Of a DNA stretch of 64,000 nt, positions 13,457 through 23,286 are shown piece by piece. The position numbers and the translations under genes are program-made. The notes under the pieces are model-generated. The model was not told where the DNA came from. It searched no databases and was given only the letters and a program-made list of their open reading frames with translations. The stretch comes from Piedraia hortae CBS 480.64 (Eukaryota), in assembly GCA_010093745.1 (NCBI GenBank), contig MU005962.1, positions 372,001 to 436,000 on the forward strand. Direction: 5' to 3'. How positions within the stretch are numbered: the first letter of the stretch is position 1; each line of letters starts with the position of its first letter.

Positions 13457-14383
13457 GAACTTCTTAAACTAGTGGTTACTTGGCTGGCAGTTTATTCTCC
13501 GTGAGGTGGAATTAACACAGGAGACTGCCCAGGTCCCGAATCAAGGCAGCAGTCACGTTCTGCACATGAAAAGCCCTTTATTGCATTCGTGCAAACATAT
13601 GCTTCGTGACCCAAATGGTGTTTGCGCATCATGGCATGAGTACCACGTGCAGTCAAAAAATTTAGACAACAACTGGTAGCCATTGTGCTGATGAGGGATC
13701 GGCCATGTAGAGTGTTATGTTGAAGATTGTGCTCGACAGTGAATACAACATCCTCTGCGCACTACACAAGGTTTCATACAGACTTGTGCAGCAATCCATC
13801 CGACTGTGGATGATCGTCTCTAGTACAGGCAGCTGGTTGCTGCCAACATATCGGGAATACAACCAAAGGGCTGGAAAATTATCTGACAGCCATATCGTAA
13901 CGGTGCTTGAGAAGACTGTCACCACTAGCCTGATAACTGCGTTATTTCTTACAGAGAGAAGCCAACTGCGTATAGAGCAAGGGGTCCTGTGAGATCTTAT
14001 ACCGAGCCACTGGAATGTTTAAGTGAGTTCATGATACCCACTGCAGGATTCCTGAAAGATCGCAATCATCATCTACTCAGAACGATTCAAATTTGGTTTG
14101 AAAAGAGTTCCGTTAGGCCCTTTATCAAATAGGGAACATGTTAAAGAAGGATAGTGGTCCTGGTGGCGTACATACAAGCCTAAGTGGGCCATTTCCCCGC
14201 AGTTGAGTCAGAAGCCGTACTGCGCCAAATATTCGAGTGAGTCCCTTTGAAATGCTTACGATCACCAATCACAACTGTGGTCGATCTCCTTTTGAAGATT
14301 GGCTTGCAGTTGCAATGCCGAATGCAAAAGCTGGATTGCAAATGCACTTGCTCCACTTAATTCCATCTTCACTAGTAATAATC

Positions 14384-14740
14384 ATGTCTAGTTCGAACCA
14401 TGTCAAGAATGTTGCCATAATCGGCGTGAGTTTGATTTTCCCACATTTACTACCCCTTATTAAATATACTGACAGCAAGCAAGGCCGGGGAAATCTTGGC
14501 AGCTATATTATTACTCAACTTCTGAAAACGGGCAAACATACTGCGACTGCAATTACTCGCGAATAATCCCAGCCGAAACTCCCCTCTGGCCTCCACCGCG
14601 TGCGCAAAGTCAATTACAATGATCACTCATCCCTGGTTCAGGCCTTCAAAGATTAGGATGCACTGATCATCATTCTCGGTCTTTCTGCTCCTCCAGACAT
14701 GCAGCCCAAAATTGTAGCCGCTGCGATCGAGGCCAAGGTA
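14384..14740 (+). pseudogene. Truncated NmrA-like/CipA-like NAD(P)-binding oxidoreductase pseudogene
   Basis: MSSSNHVKNVAIIG, intron donor GTGAGT at 14426, then GNLGSYIITQLLKTGKHTATAITRE*SQPKLPSG...KVNYNDHSSLVQAFKD*DALIIILGLSAPPDMQPKIVAAAIEAKV. In-frame TAA 14564 and TAG 14654, damaged acceptor/frame, C-terminal part missing. Confidence 0.8.
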
Positions 14741-14965
14741 TGTTCAAAGAGGATGGTGGTGATTTCGAGACCTCCAAGGGCACGATGAATGGAGCTTTGG
14801 GTCTACCGAAAGAGAATCTGGATGATGCTACCAAAGGGGCAGTGGAAATGGCGAGGAATAGTGGCTAGTTCTGTACATATATGGCCAGCCCTTTTAAGGG
14901 ATCGAAAAAATATGTGTCATCAGGATCAGCACACCATACGTACCCGTCTATACCCTTTTCCAAAT

Positions 14966-15322
14966 TCACTGCAAAGTACACAAAATGATCGGCTCCTGCT
15001 TCTTACGCCTTTTCTTCTTCTTCCTCTTCTTCTCTTGTTCCCCGCCTGCAACCGGTTTCGCCTCCTCCGGTTTTGCTTCCTTTGGTCTCGCTTCCCCATC
15101 CTCCGGCGAGGGTGACCGCGGAATCGGCTCATTCGCAAACCAATACATATACTTAGGAAGCTTTCCCCCATTTTTCATGACTGGTCGTCCCTTTCTCTTA
15201 TTTTTCACATTCTCTGCTCCTGAACTTGGCCCTGCTCCGTTTTCCTCTGCGGGGGACGCGGTCAGGTTGGCGATACTGGATCTCAGCAACTGAAGCACTA
15301 CAGACAAATGAATGTCGTGCAT
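14966..15322 (-). CDS. Small hypothetical protein with Lys/Arg-rich C-terminus
   Basis: 118-aa ATG ORF ending ...EKKRKKKKRRKKQEPIILCTLQ; AT-rich upstream region; no recognisable domain. Confidence 0.35.
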   Translation of the reverse strand: MHDIHLSVVLQLLRSSIANLTASPAEENGAGPSSGAENVKNKRKGRPVMKNGGKLPKYMYWFANEPIPRSPSPEDGEARPKEAKPEEAKPVAGGEQEKKRKKKKRRKKQEPIILCTLQ

Positions 15323-16030
15323 TCTGGCACTTTTGCTTTGGCTTTAGTTGGTGATAATGAAGGAGAACAAGAGAAGGGGTGAAGATATATGTATGCTAAA
15401 TTTTGTAGGAACGTGATCACCAATGTTTCTATTTTTGTGCATTCGTAAGAGAAGGGACGTACAAATTCGGTAGTGACGAGATATGTGGGACTATGGTAAC
15501 TATTTGATAGAGCTTGGAAGAGGTTTGCTTCTTCATGCGACTGTCGTGCTTATTCCAGAGGGCAAAGGCGTTAATGGTGAAAAATGCCAAGCCTCAAGCG
15601 GGCCGGGCCGAGCTAGATAGCCCTCAGTCTCTCGCATTCCAGAGAGTTCTTGCCGCCTCCAAGAATGGAAAATGGGAATAACAACGTAGCTTGGTTAGTG
15701 TCTGTGCACTTTGCTCAACAATGTGTTCGTGTCCAATGGCTAGTTAAGCCCCGTCTCCATTGGCTGAGGTTAAATCGCACTTCTTTGAATATTCAAAAAG
15801 CAATAGGTATGAACAATACTTTAGGAAAGAAGTGCAATTAACAATTACTAAACTAAGCATGCATTTTTTGAAATGCACCTCGGCTTCCACAAGTTTTGGT
15901 ATATCATCCATTCTAGAAGCAGCATGTTTGGTCAGTGCCTATCACTTTGAGTATGTCGTGACTTGCGTCTGCCATTATCGTTGTTTCCATAACGCACTAT
16001 GTGGTGAGACAAGGGCCTTGAGTCTCTACT

Positions 16031-17335
16031 TTAAGTAGACGATTGCGTTCCAACGCAAAGAACTTCAAATAGATCAAACATGTTTTTTCCGGCGTTGATG
16101 CTGGTCGCAAGTGCGATCGTGATGCCTTCTCCCAGACCTTCTTGATTCTCCCTGGTGGTGCGTGGAGCGATCTCGCCCATGACCACGGTATGTATCGTCT
16201 TCTCTCTTACTGTTCTTCTCTTCAACAGGTCTGCTTTTTCGCGTTTCCGTATTGGGAGGTTGAAAGGATCCACGACCAGACATTGTCTCTTCATGACCTC
16301 TTGAAATCGGCAAAGGGACTTCCACGACACTTGGTGAAGATGCCTTTCCAAGGGGCCAAGGATGATGAGCGTTGCCCTACGATTTTAGACTTAGCCTCAC
16401 CATCTGTCCTCTTTGGGGCGAGGCCATTTGTTGAATTCACAATTTGTGTTCTCGGTAGGAGTTTCCAAAATACCTCTTGAGATGAGAGGGAACGAGGCTT
16501 TGGCTTCTTGTTTAGTGTCAGCAGCACCACTGGAATGTGACTTTTGCCCGACAAATTTGTGCAACACCCTTTTGCCGTTAGTTGACGTTCTAACTGGATC
16601 TGCACCTGCTCGGCTATCTTTCACAGAGGTTTCCTCGGGTCCGCGAGGTTCTTTGGTTAGGCCAGGGTCCTTACGAGTCGATCATTTCTCGGAGCGCACC
16701 GAGGAGCGACTTTTGGTACCGCTTTCCATCCGACTACTGCTGATCCTTCTAAGGTCGGTGGGCAGCGTCGTTTTACCCTGTTCGCTCAGAGGAGGTCTGA
16801 GAATGAGAGGACCATCGGACTTGTTTTTCTGGCGAGAAGGGGACAATCGACTGCCAGCTACTAATGGTGTTCCCGCTTGTCTCTCCATATCCTTTGGAAA
16901 TTGTGCCGGAACAGCGGACGTCTCAATCTGACATTCTTTGGCATGAGAACAGTTGCTGACCAATGCTACTGATCTATTCTCTTTGGAAGAACTCCTGGAA
17001 GCATCAACAGCTCTTTCCTTGCCGCCATTGTAAGAGGCGGAATGGTCCGCGGCTGGCAAAGTTCAATTTCCTCTTTTCTTCTTTTCCGAAATGACTGGAC
17101 CGGCTCTAGCTGTGGGATCATTTCTAGCTCGAGGTGTCTGTTGGCTTTCAGGCGTTTTCCTTGCCAAGTGATCTTGTTCGGGCTTCTTCTTCGGATTTGT
17201 CAGATTTGAGGATTCGGCCATGGGACGAGGCTCTCCATTGCCCTTTTTAGTTTTGTTTGCTGATTTGTCTTCCCCAACTTCAGTATTGTCTATAGACCAG
17301 AAGCACCACGTACCGGTTCCAATTATACAGTGCAA
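16031..17335 (-). pseudogene. Fragmented low-complexity (Ser/Arg/Lys-rich) hypothetical gene
   Basis: Collinear minus-strand ORFs (17063-17335, 16682-17059, 16397-16624, 16074-16325) with similar composition, separated by stops or frameshifts. Confidence 0.35.
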
Positions 17336-17833
17336 TGGATGCCTGTATGAGTTTTTCTGCTGACGATGATATGGATATTGGAATAATATACTTGCCTTCC
17401 AATGCTATTGACCTTGTTAAAGATTACATTTAAGTTAGAAGCCACAAATTTTGATTATAAAGGTCTATTGTATTCTATTGCTTCACGGTAACGCCTCCAA
17501 CGGTAGCTGCATTCGAAAACAAGTATCATGGCTCGAGTGGCTTCGTAACGTGTGCTCAACCTCGTGCAACACAAACATACACTCAGATGAAATCTTGGAT
17601 CACTGGCCGCCGCAGACGCACGCCATATGTACCATCAAGACGTTAAAAGTTTACTTTGGCAAGAGTCAGCCATATAGTGGACTCTATCAATGTCTGCAAA
17701 ACTTTCAGAAAGCAAGGCTGCTCGCAGGATTTGCTGACGCCGCAATCACATATTGATGAGCAAGGGGGCCGTTATTAGTTGCATTGATTGTTCTGGCAGA
17801 GTGGCATTACATGAACAAGAAAGCCACTGGCGG

Positions 17834-19225
17834 CTATTTTTGCTTGAACCACGCGCACTGCAAAGCATGTCCAATGTCCAATCGCTTCTCCATGTCCAGT
17901 TCCAGGCATCCCTTGGTCAGCTCAACTACCTCATCCGCCACGCCCCCTCCTTGTTCAACCGCCGCGCGAAGGATGGTTTCATCCCAATCAGCCCGCATGA
18001 TGCGTTCCACCGTTGCTGCTGGGAACGGACCCCTGAAGGGCAGATCTCCCGTGCACAAGGTGTAAACGACTATGCCAAATGCCCACATGTCACCTGCTGT
18101 TTCAAACAGCTTCCGCCTGACGGACAAGCCCCTAGGCGAGGCGTACTCGAGCGTGCCAATAACGGAAGACGTGGTGGGCTTGCCCATTTCAGCCGCCGCG
18201 TGCTTCAAAGCCTGGTAGGATTTGTCGCCAGGAACATTGTCGATGAAGTCCGCAAGTCCGAAGTCGCAGAGCAACAGCCGCACCTCCGATCCTGAACGGT
18301 CGACGAGGCAATTTTCTAACTTGATGTCGCGATGGCAGACACGCACGTCTTGGTGGAGATAGCGCAGAGCCGAGGCGAGCTGATAGGAATAAAGCCTGGC
18401 CGTGTCTGGAGAAAGCCCTCCTCCTACTGCCTGACGGGATTGTATTACGACGTCGTGCAGCGTGCCACCGACAACGAGGTCCATGAAACAGTAGGTGGCG
18501 TACTCGGTCTCGTGAACGGTGCGTAGACGGAGGATGTGGTGATGAATCAAATGGCGCCAGACCGAAACCTCGTGTTCCAGTGACTGCTGCGCCCGTTCGT
18601 TCTCGCTGGCGCTACGGTCAGGTATGGCCTTGCGCACAACCTTGACAGCGCGAGCTATGGGCACTCCGGCCGCCGAAATAGACTGTACCTCCTTGACAAC
18701 GCCAAAGCCGCCTCTGCTAATGGTGCGGCCGACCACCCAGCGGTCGTCGTCGGGGCCGATCTCTTGACCTTCATCATCGGGTTTGGGGTCGTCAGGGGAT
18801 GGCTCAGGGTCGGCTCGGGTCAAGCCGGTGAGGAAGGCGTGGGCAGGGCTGATGCTGGTGGTCGCCGAGGCGGAGCGGCGGGACGAGCGGGCGGAGCCGG
18901 GACCTGTATTCCGGATAGGAGGCCAAGGGGCACTGCCAACCGACGTGGATATCGATATAGGTGACGCGAGGTTGCTAACTGAACGACCTTCCGGGATGGA
19001 CAATGCGTGGATGGGGAGGCCTGGGGAGTAGGAGAGTGGTGACGGTTCTTCAGTCCACGGGAATGGGGAGCCCACCGCTGCCGCTTCACGCTGCCGACCC
19101 AGCTGGCTCGTCATAAGCGGGTTTGGTGTCCTCGGGGCGTCGCGGGGGGCTTTTGCCGGAGCGTGCTGCTCCTCCGGTCTTGCCGCGGGCTTGACGCGCG
19201 ATGGGGACGGGTACGCGGCGTCCAT
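17834..19225 (-). CDS. Ser/Thr protein kinase (CAMK-like, resembling Nnk1); first in-frame ATG at 19225
   Basis: ISRGGFGVV (Gly loop), AVKVVRK, HEVSVWRHL, HRDIKLENCL, CDFGLA, GTLEYASP, GDMWAFGIVVY; no introns in the catalytic domain. Confidence 0.9.
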   Translation of the reverse strand: MDAAYPSPSRVKPAARPEEQHAPAKAPRDAPRTPNPLMTSQLGRQREAAAVGSPFPWTEEPSPLSYSPGLPIHALSIPEGRSVSNLASPISISTSVGSAPWPPIRNTGPGSARSSRRSASATTSISPAHAFLTGLTRADPEPSPDDPKPDDEGQEIGPDDDRWVVGRTISRGGFGVVKEVQSISAAGVPIARAVKVVRKAIPDRSASENERAQQSLEHEVSVWRHLIHHHILRLRTVHETEYATYCFMDLVVGGTLHDVVIQSRQAVGGGLSPDTARLYSYQLASALRYLHQDVRVCHRDIKLENCLVDRSGSEVRLLLCDFGLADFIDNVPGDKSYQALKHAAAEMGKPTTSSVIGTLEYASPRGLSVRRKLFETAGDMWAFGIVVYTLCTGDLPFRGPFPAATVERIMRADWDETILRAAVEQGGGVADEVVELTKGCLELDMEKRLDIGHALQCAWFKQK

Positions 19226-19865
19226 CGTCGGTGATGGCGTAACTGTCGAATGAAATTGACTTGCCCCGTCGTGTGAAGCTCTCCTGTAGCGCCTCAAGCT
19301 CTGCTGTCTTCTGTTCGGCGCGATTGGTGGTGAAAGTGCGCCAGTCGAGCGGCGTTGGCGGCGGGTGTGGCGGTGACGGTGGCAGACGCTCAGGATCGCT
19401 GTCCTCTGTCCCGCTGTCCTCTGTCCCGCTGCCCTCTGATTCACTGTCCTCGAGGTACTTTGTGCCAGCAAATGGTGACGCAACCGTGTGGCGTGACGGC
19501 TTTTCCGATGGGGCAGCAGCAGCGTCCTTGGCGTCGTCGAAGGCGGTAGGGTCGGCAGCGTTGTTGTTGTTGTTGTTGTTGCTGTCGTCGTCGCTGCTCT
19601 CGTCTAGGTAGGCGAGGGCACCAGCAGCCTGGACGGCGGCAGAGCGCGAGTTGCGGCGGGGTTGGGTAGCAAGGGATGCGGGAGCGGGAGGATCTAGGGA
19701 TTCATCTCTGTCCACTTTTGGGGCGGGGCGGGGCGGATCTTTGACTGCTTTGCGAGCTGGACGGCTTTCGTCGTCGTCGCTGTCGTCAAACGGATGACGC
19801 GACGGCCGTCTACCAGAGTCAGGCCGCAGGCCCTTGAAATGGCGTTGGATGTCGTAGGCTGCCAT
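19086..19865 (-). CDS. 259-aa upstream ORF overlapping the kinase ORF in another frame (possible N-terminal half of the kinase)
   Basis: ATG in CACCATGG context, protein-like motifs RHTVASPFAG and EALQESFTRRGKSISFDSYAITDDG, frame-preserving repeats, stop TGA at 19088-19086 inside the kinase frame. Confidence 0.7.
   Translation of the reverse strand: MAAYDIQRHFKGLRPDSGRRPSRHPFDDSDDDESRPARKAVKDPPRPAPKVDRDESLDPPAPASLATQPRRNSRSAAVQAAGALAYLDESSDDDSNNNNNNNAADPTAFDDAKDAAAAPSEKPSRHTVASPFAGTKYLEDSESEGSGTEDSGTEDSDPERLPPSPPHPPPTPLDWRTFTTNRAEQKTAELEALQESFTRRGKSISFDSYAITDDGRRVPVPIARQARGKTGGAARSGKSPPRRPEDTKPAYDEPAGSAA
19560..19581. repeat. (GTT)n microsatellite encoding poly-Asn in the upstream ORF; a 15-bp tandem repeat (SGTED x2) lies near 19399-19437
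   Basis: gttgttgttgttgttgttgttg and (ctgtcctctgtcccg)x2 seen directly. Confidence 0.85.
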
Positions 19866-19952
19866 GGTGAGTGGGGCCTCGGCGCCAAGCAGCGGGGAAC
19901 AGGGGAGTGGGCTATGTATGAGGGGCGGAAGCTAGATGGGTAGCGGACGACC

Positions 19953-19997
19953 NNNNNNNNNNNNNNNNNNNNNNNNNNNNNNNNNNNNNNNNNNNNN
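19953..19997. other. Assembly gap (45 N) in the divergent promoter between the kinase locus and VAC8
   Basis: Run of n characters. Confidence 1.
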
Positions 19998-20613
19998 GGG
20001 GGATTAGGTGGCAGGAGTGTTGGAGTGCCCGAGCTGCTGGTGGGAGACTTGTCCCATGGCTTTGAGCTCTTAAAATCAACTTTGTTGGGCCCACCCCGCG
20101 ACTTTTGGCAGCGGGGAGAGCTGCTGCGGTCAAGTACGCAACCACGTCTGCAATGCCTTAGGCAGCGTGGGGCATACCATGATCGCTCGACCACCTCGCT
20201 CACACCTTGCAGTGTCAATCCGCCGCCTGTGCCATGTCAAATATCTTCCAATGTTTTCAATATCCTCCTTGGATATCAATGCCTCTCAATGTCAATCTCT
20301 TCTCAATGTTAATGCCTGCTTGCCTACTGCTGCTTCGCTAGTAGATGGTCAGGGCAAATGAAAGGGCCAGGCCGCTGGCAGGTTAACGGCTGGCAAGAAG
20401 TTCCATCACATCGACCGTTGACAGCCATGGCCATTGTTGGCCGGGGCTTAAAACGAACGTGACTTCTCCCATCACTCCCACACCCATCCACGTGACTCCC
20501 ACTCACTCCTGACAAATCCGTCAAGCGTCAGGCGAAACTTCCAAAAGCTCAGCCCGAGAGCCGGAGCCCCTCTTCAGTAGAGAGAGATGCACGCATAGCC
20601 AACACACTTCGGC

Positions 20614-22362
20614 ATGGGCGACTTTTGCCGCAACCTGTTCGCCGCATGCTGCCGGCCGCGCGCCTCGGCCGAGTACGACAACATCCTGGCCCAGTCGGAG
20701 CGCGAGGCTGTGTCGGACCTGCTGAACTACCTGGAGAATGTAAGTGCAACGCCGCTGTTACCGCAACACACCGCTCCGTTCCGCTAACCGTTCACGCAGC
20801 GTGCTGAGACTGACTTCTTCTCGGGCGAGCCGCTGGCAGCTCTTACGACGCTCGTCTACAGCCAGAACATCGATCTGCAGCGCAGCGCAAGTCTTACTTT
20901 TGCCGAAATCACAGAGCGCGATGTGCGGCCTGTCGACGAGCGCACGCTGGAGCCAATCCTGTCGCTGCTGGAAAGCGGAGACGTTGAGGTGCAGCGCGCC
21001 GCATCTGCCGCGCTTGGGAACCTCGCTGTTGATGCCCAGAACAAGGTGCTGATTGTGTCGTTGGGTGGGCTAACACCGCTCATCCGCCAAATGAACTCGG
21101 CCAACGTCGAGGTACAGTGCAACGCCGTCGGCTGCATCACGAATCTTGCTACACACGAGGACAATAAGGCGCGTATCGCGCGATCTGGAGCGCTTGCGCC
21201 CCTCACGCGGCTCGCGAGGAGCAAGGACATGCGCGTGCAGCGCAACGCGACGGGCGCACTGCTGAACATGACACACAGCGACGACAATCGCCAGCAGCTC
21301 GTGGCCGCCGGCGCCATCCCGGTTCTTGTGGGGCTGCTGGGCAGTCCAGACACGGATGTCCAATATTACTGCACCACGGCGCTCTCGAACATGGCCGTTG
21401 ACGCCGCAAACCGCCGACGGTTAGCCCAGACAGAGCCGCGCCTCGTGCAGTCTCTGGTCCAGCTCATCAAAGGGCAGACGCCCAAGGTGCAGTGTCAGGC
21501 CGCTCTAGCGCTGCGAAACCTTGCCAGCGACGACAAGTACCAGTTGGATATTGTGCGCGTTGGGGGGCTAGAGCCGCTGCTGAGCTTGCTGCGGAGCAGT
21601 TATCTTCCCCTTATCCTGTCCGCCGTGGCCTGTATCCGCAATATCAGCATCCACCCAGTGAACGAAAGCCCCATTATCGAGGCCGGTTTTCTAAAGCCTC
21701 TGGTCGATCTGCTTGGGTCAACCGACAATGAAGAGATCCAATGCCACGCAATATCGACGCTGCGGAACCTGGCAGCTTCAAGCGACGCCAACAAGGAGCG
21801 TGTTCTTGAGGCCGGTGCTGTACAAAAGTGCAAGGAATTGGTAATGTCGGTGCGGACTTCGGTGCAGAGCGAAATGACGGCGGCAATGGCGGTGCTGGCT
21901 CTCAGCGACGACCTCAAGCCGCGACTCCTGGCTCTTGGTGTATTTGATGTTTTGATTCCTTTGACTGAGAGTGAGAGCATAGAGGTTCAGGGCAACAGTG
22001 CGGCGGCGTTGGGTAATCTTAGCAGCAAGGGTACGTCTTACCGAAAGCGAAGAGGATAAACACTTGCTAATTGATCAGTCAACGACTACAGCCTTTTCTT
22101 GCAAGCGTGGACATCGCCCAGTGGCGGCATACATGGTTACTTGAAGAGATTCCTCAAGGGTGGCGACGCTACCTTTCAACACATTGCAATCTGGACGCTG
22201 GTGCAGCTGCTCGAGTCCTCGGACGAGCAACTGATCCAAACCATCCGATCATCATCAGACGTCATGGACGTTGTCAGGGAAATTAGCGAACGCGGCGAAG
22301 AAGAGGAAGAAGAGGTTATTGCTCTTGCAAAGCGGTGCATGGAATTGTGTGACAAAAGGTAG
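20614..22362 (+). CDS. VAC8: Vacuolar armadillo-repeat protein Vac8
   Basis: [13 protein letters not shown] (myristoylation/palmitoylation-type start), [29 protein letters not shown] repeats ([32 protein letters not shown]). Introns 20740-20799 and 22031-22078. Confidence 0.96.
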
Positions 22363-23095
22363 TAATCGTCTTTTTTCCGGGCTAGATGAGGGCGGTTGTG
22401 GAGGTATTGGCGCTTGTCTGGCATGTGTGAGGCGTGTCTAAATAACTATGGATTACAATTGAAGTCGATTCTGGTTTCAGTCGAAGGCGCGCTCAACGTT
22501 GATCATCCTCTTATGTCCCAGCAAGGCTTTTCCCCTATCATACGCTTGGAGAAAAGGTGGACGTCTAAGGATATGAAAAGTAACGATAACTTTCCAACAT
22601 CAAGATTGACACAAAGCACACATGGAACTGCCTGTGGGTGATGAATTAAGTTCAATCTTGTGGCGCGAGCCTAACGCGTTGTGTGCCCAGAAACTGAGAG
22701 TCGTTTGGGAAATGCACCTGCTCGAGTTCCCACAGTGTTTTCTACTTAGGTTCTCCCCCTTGCAAAGGGTCGGGGTTTGCACGTGACTACGGCGACTGAG
22801 CCCAATCCCCAATGCATGCAAACGTTAATGACCTATTCCGCCAGAGTCATCCGTCAAGACGTTAAAAAGTTAAATCAATCAATCAAAGTTAACTTTTAAC
22901 ATGTAGACACGTATACACGCACACCCACAGTAGGTTTCAAGTCTTTTCCATCATAAGCAGACTGGTTAAGCAGTTAGATTGCTACATGACCGAGCAAATC
23001 CACAAAAGCTGGATTTGAAAGTGTACGGTAAAGAAAGGTGGTTAGTCGCAATGACTCGCATAGAGTTGCAGTGGACAATGGAGATATATATTTCC

Positions 23096-23111
23096 GGGGG
23101 GGGGGGGGGGG
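23096..23111 (+). repeat. G16 homopolymer in the VAC8-MSH4 intergenic region
   Basis: 16 consecutive G. Confidence 0.9.
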
Positions 23112-23286
23112 AATCTCTGCACTAAGATGCATTCCACAGTGAGATACGGAGGCAAGATTGACGGCTCACGAATGGGGCTCGGGACACGGAAATGCTACAT
23201 AGTTATTCGCTCTATACCTCGGCGCTCCCATTAGAGTATCATGATACTCGCGTATTTGAACAACACAAAGAGCAAGCGTTTCCTTA

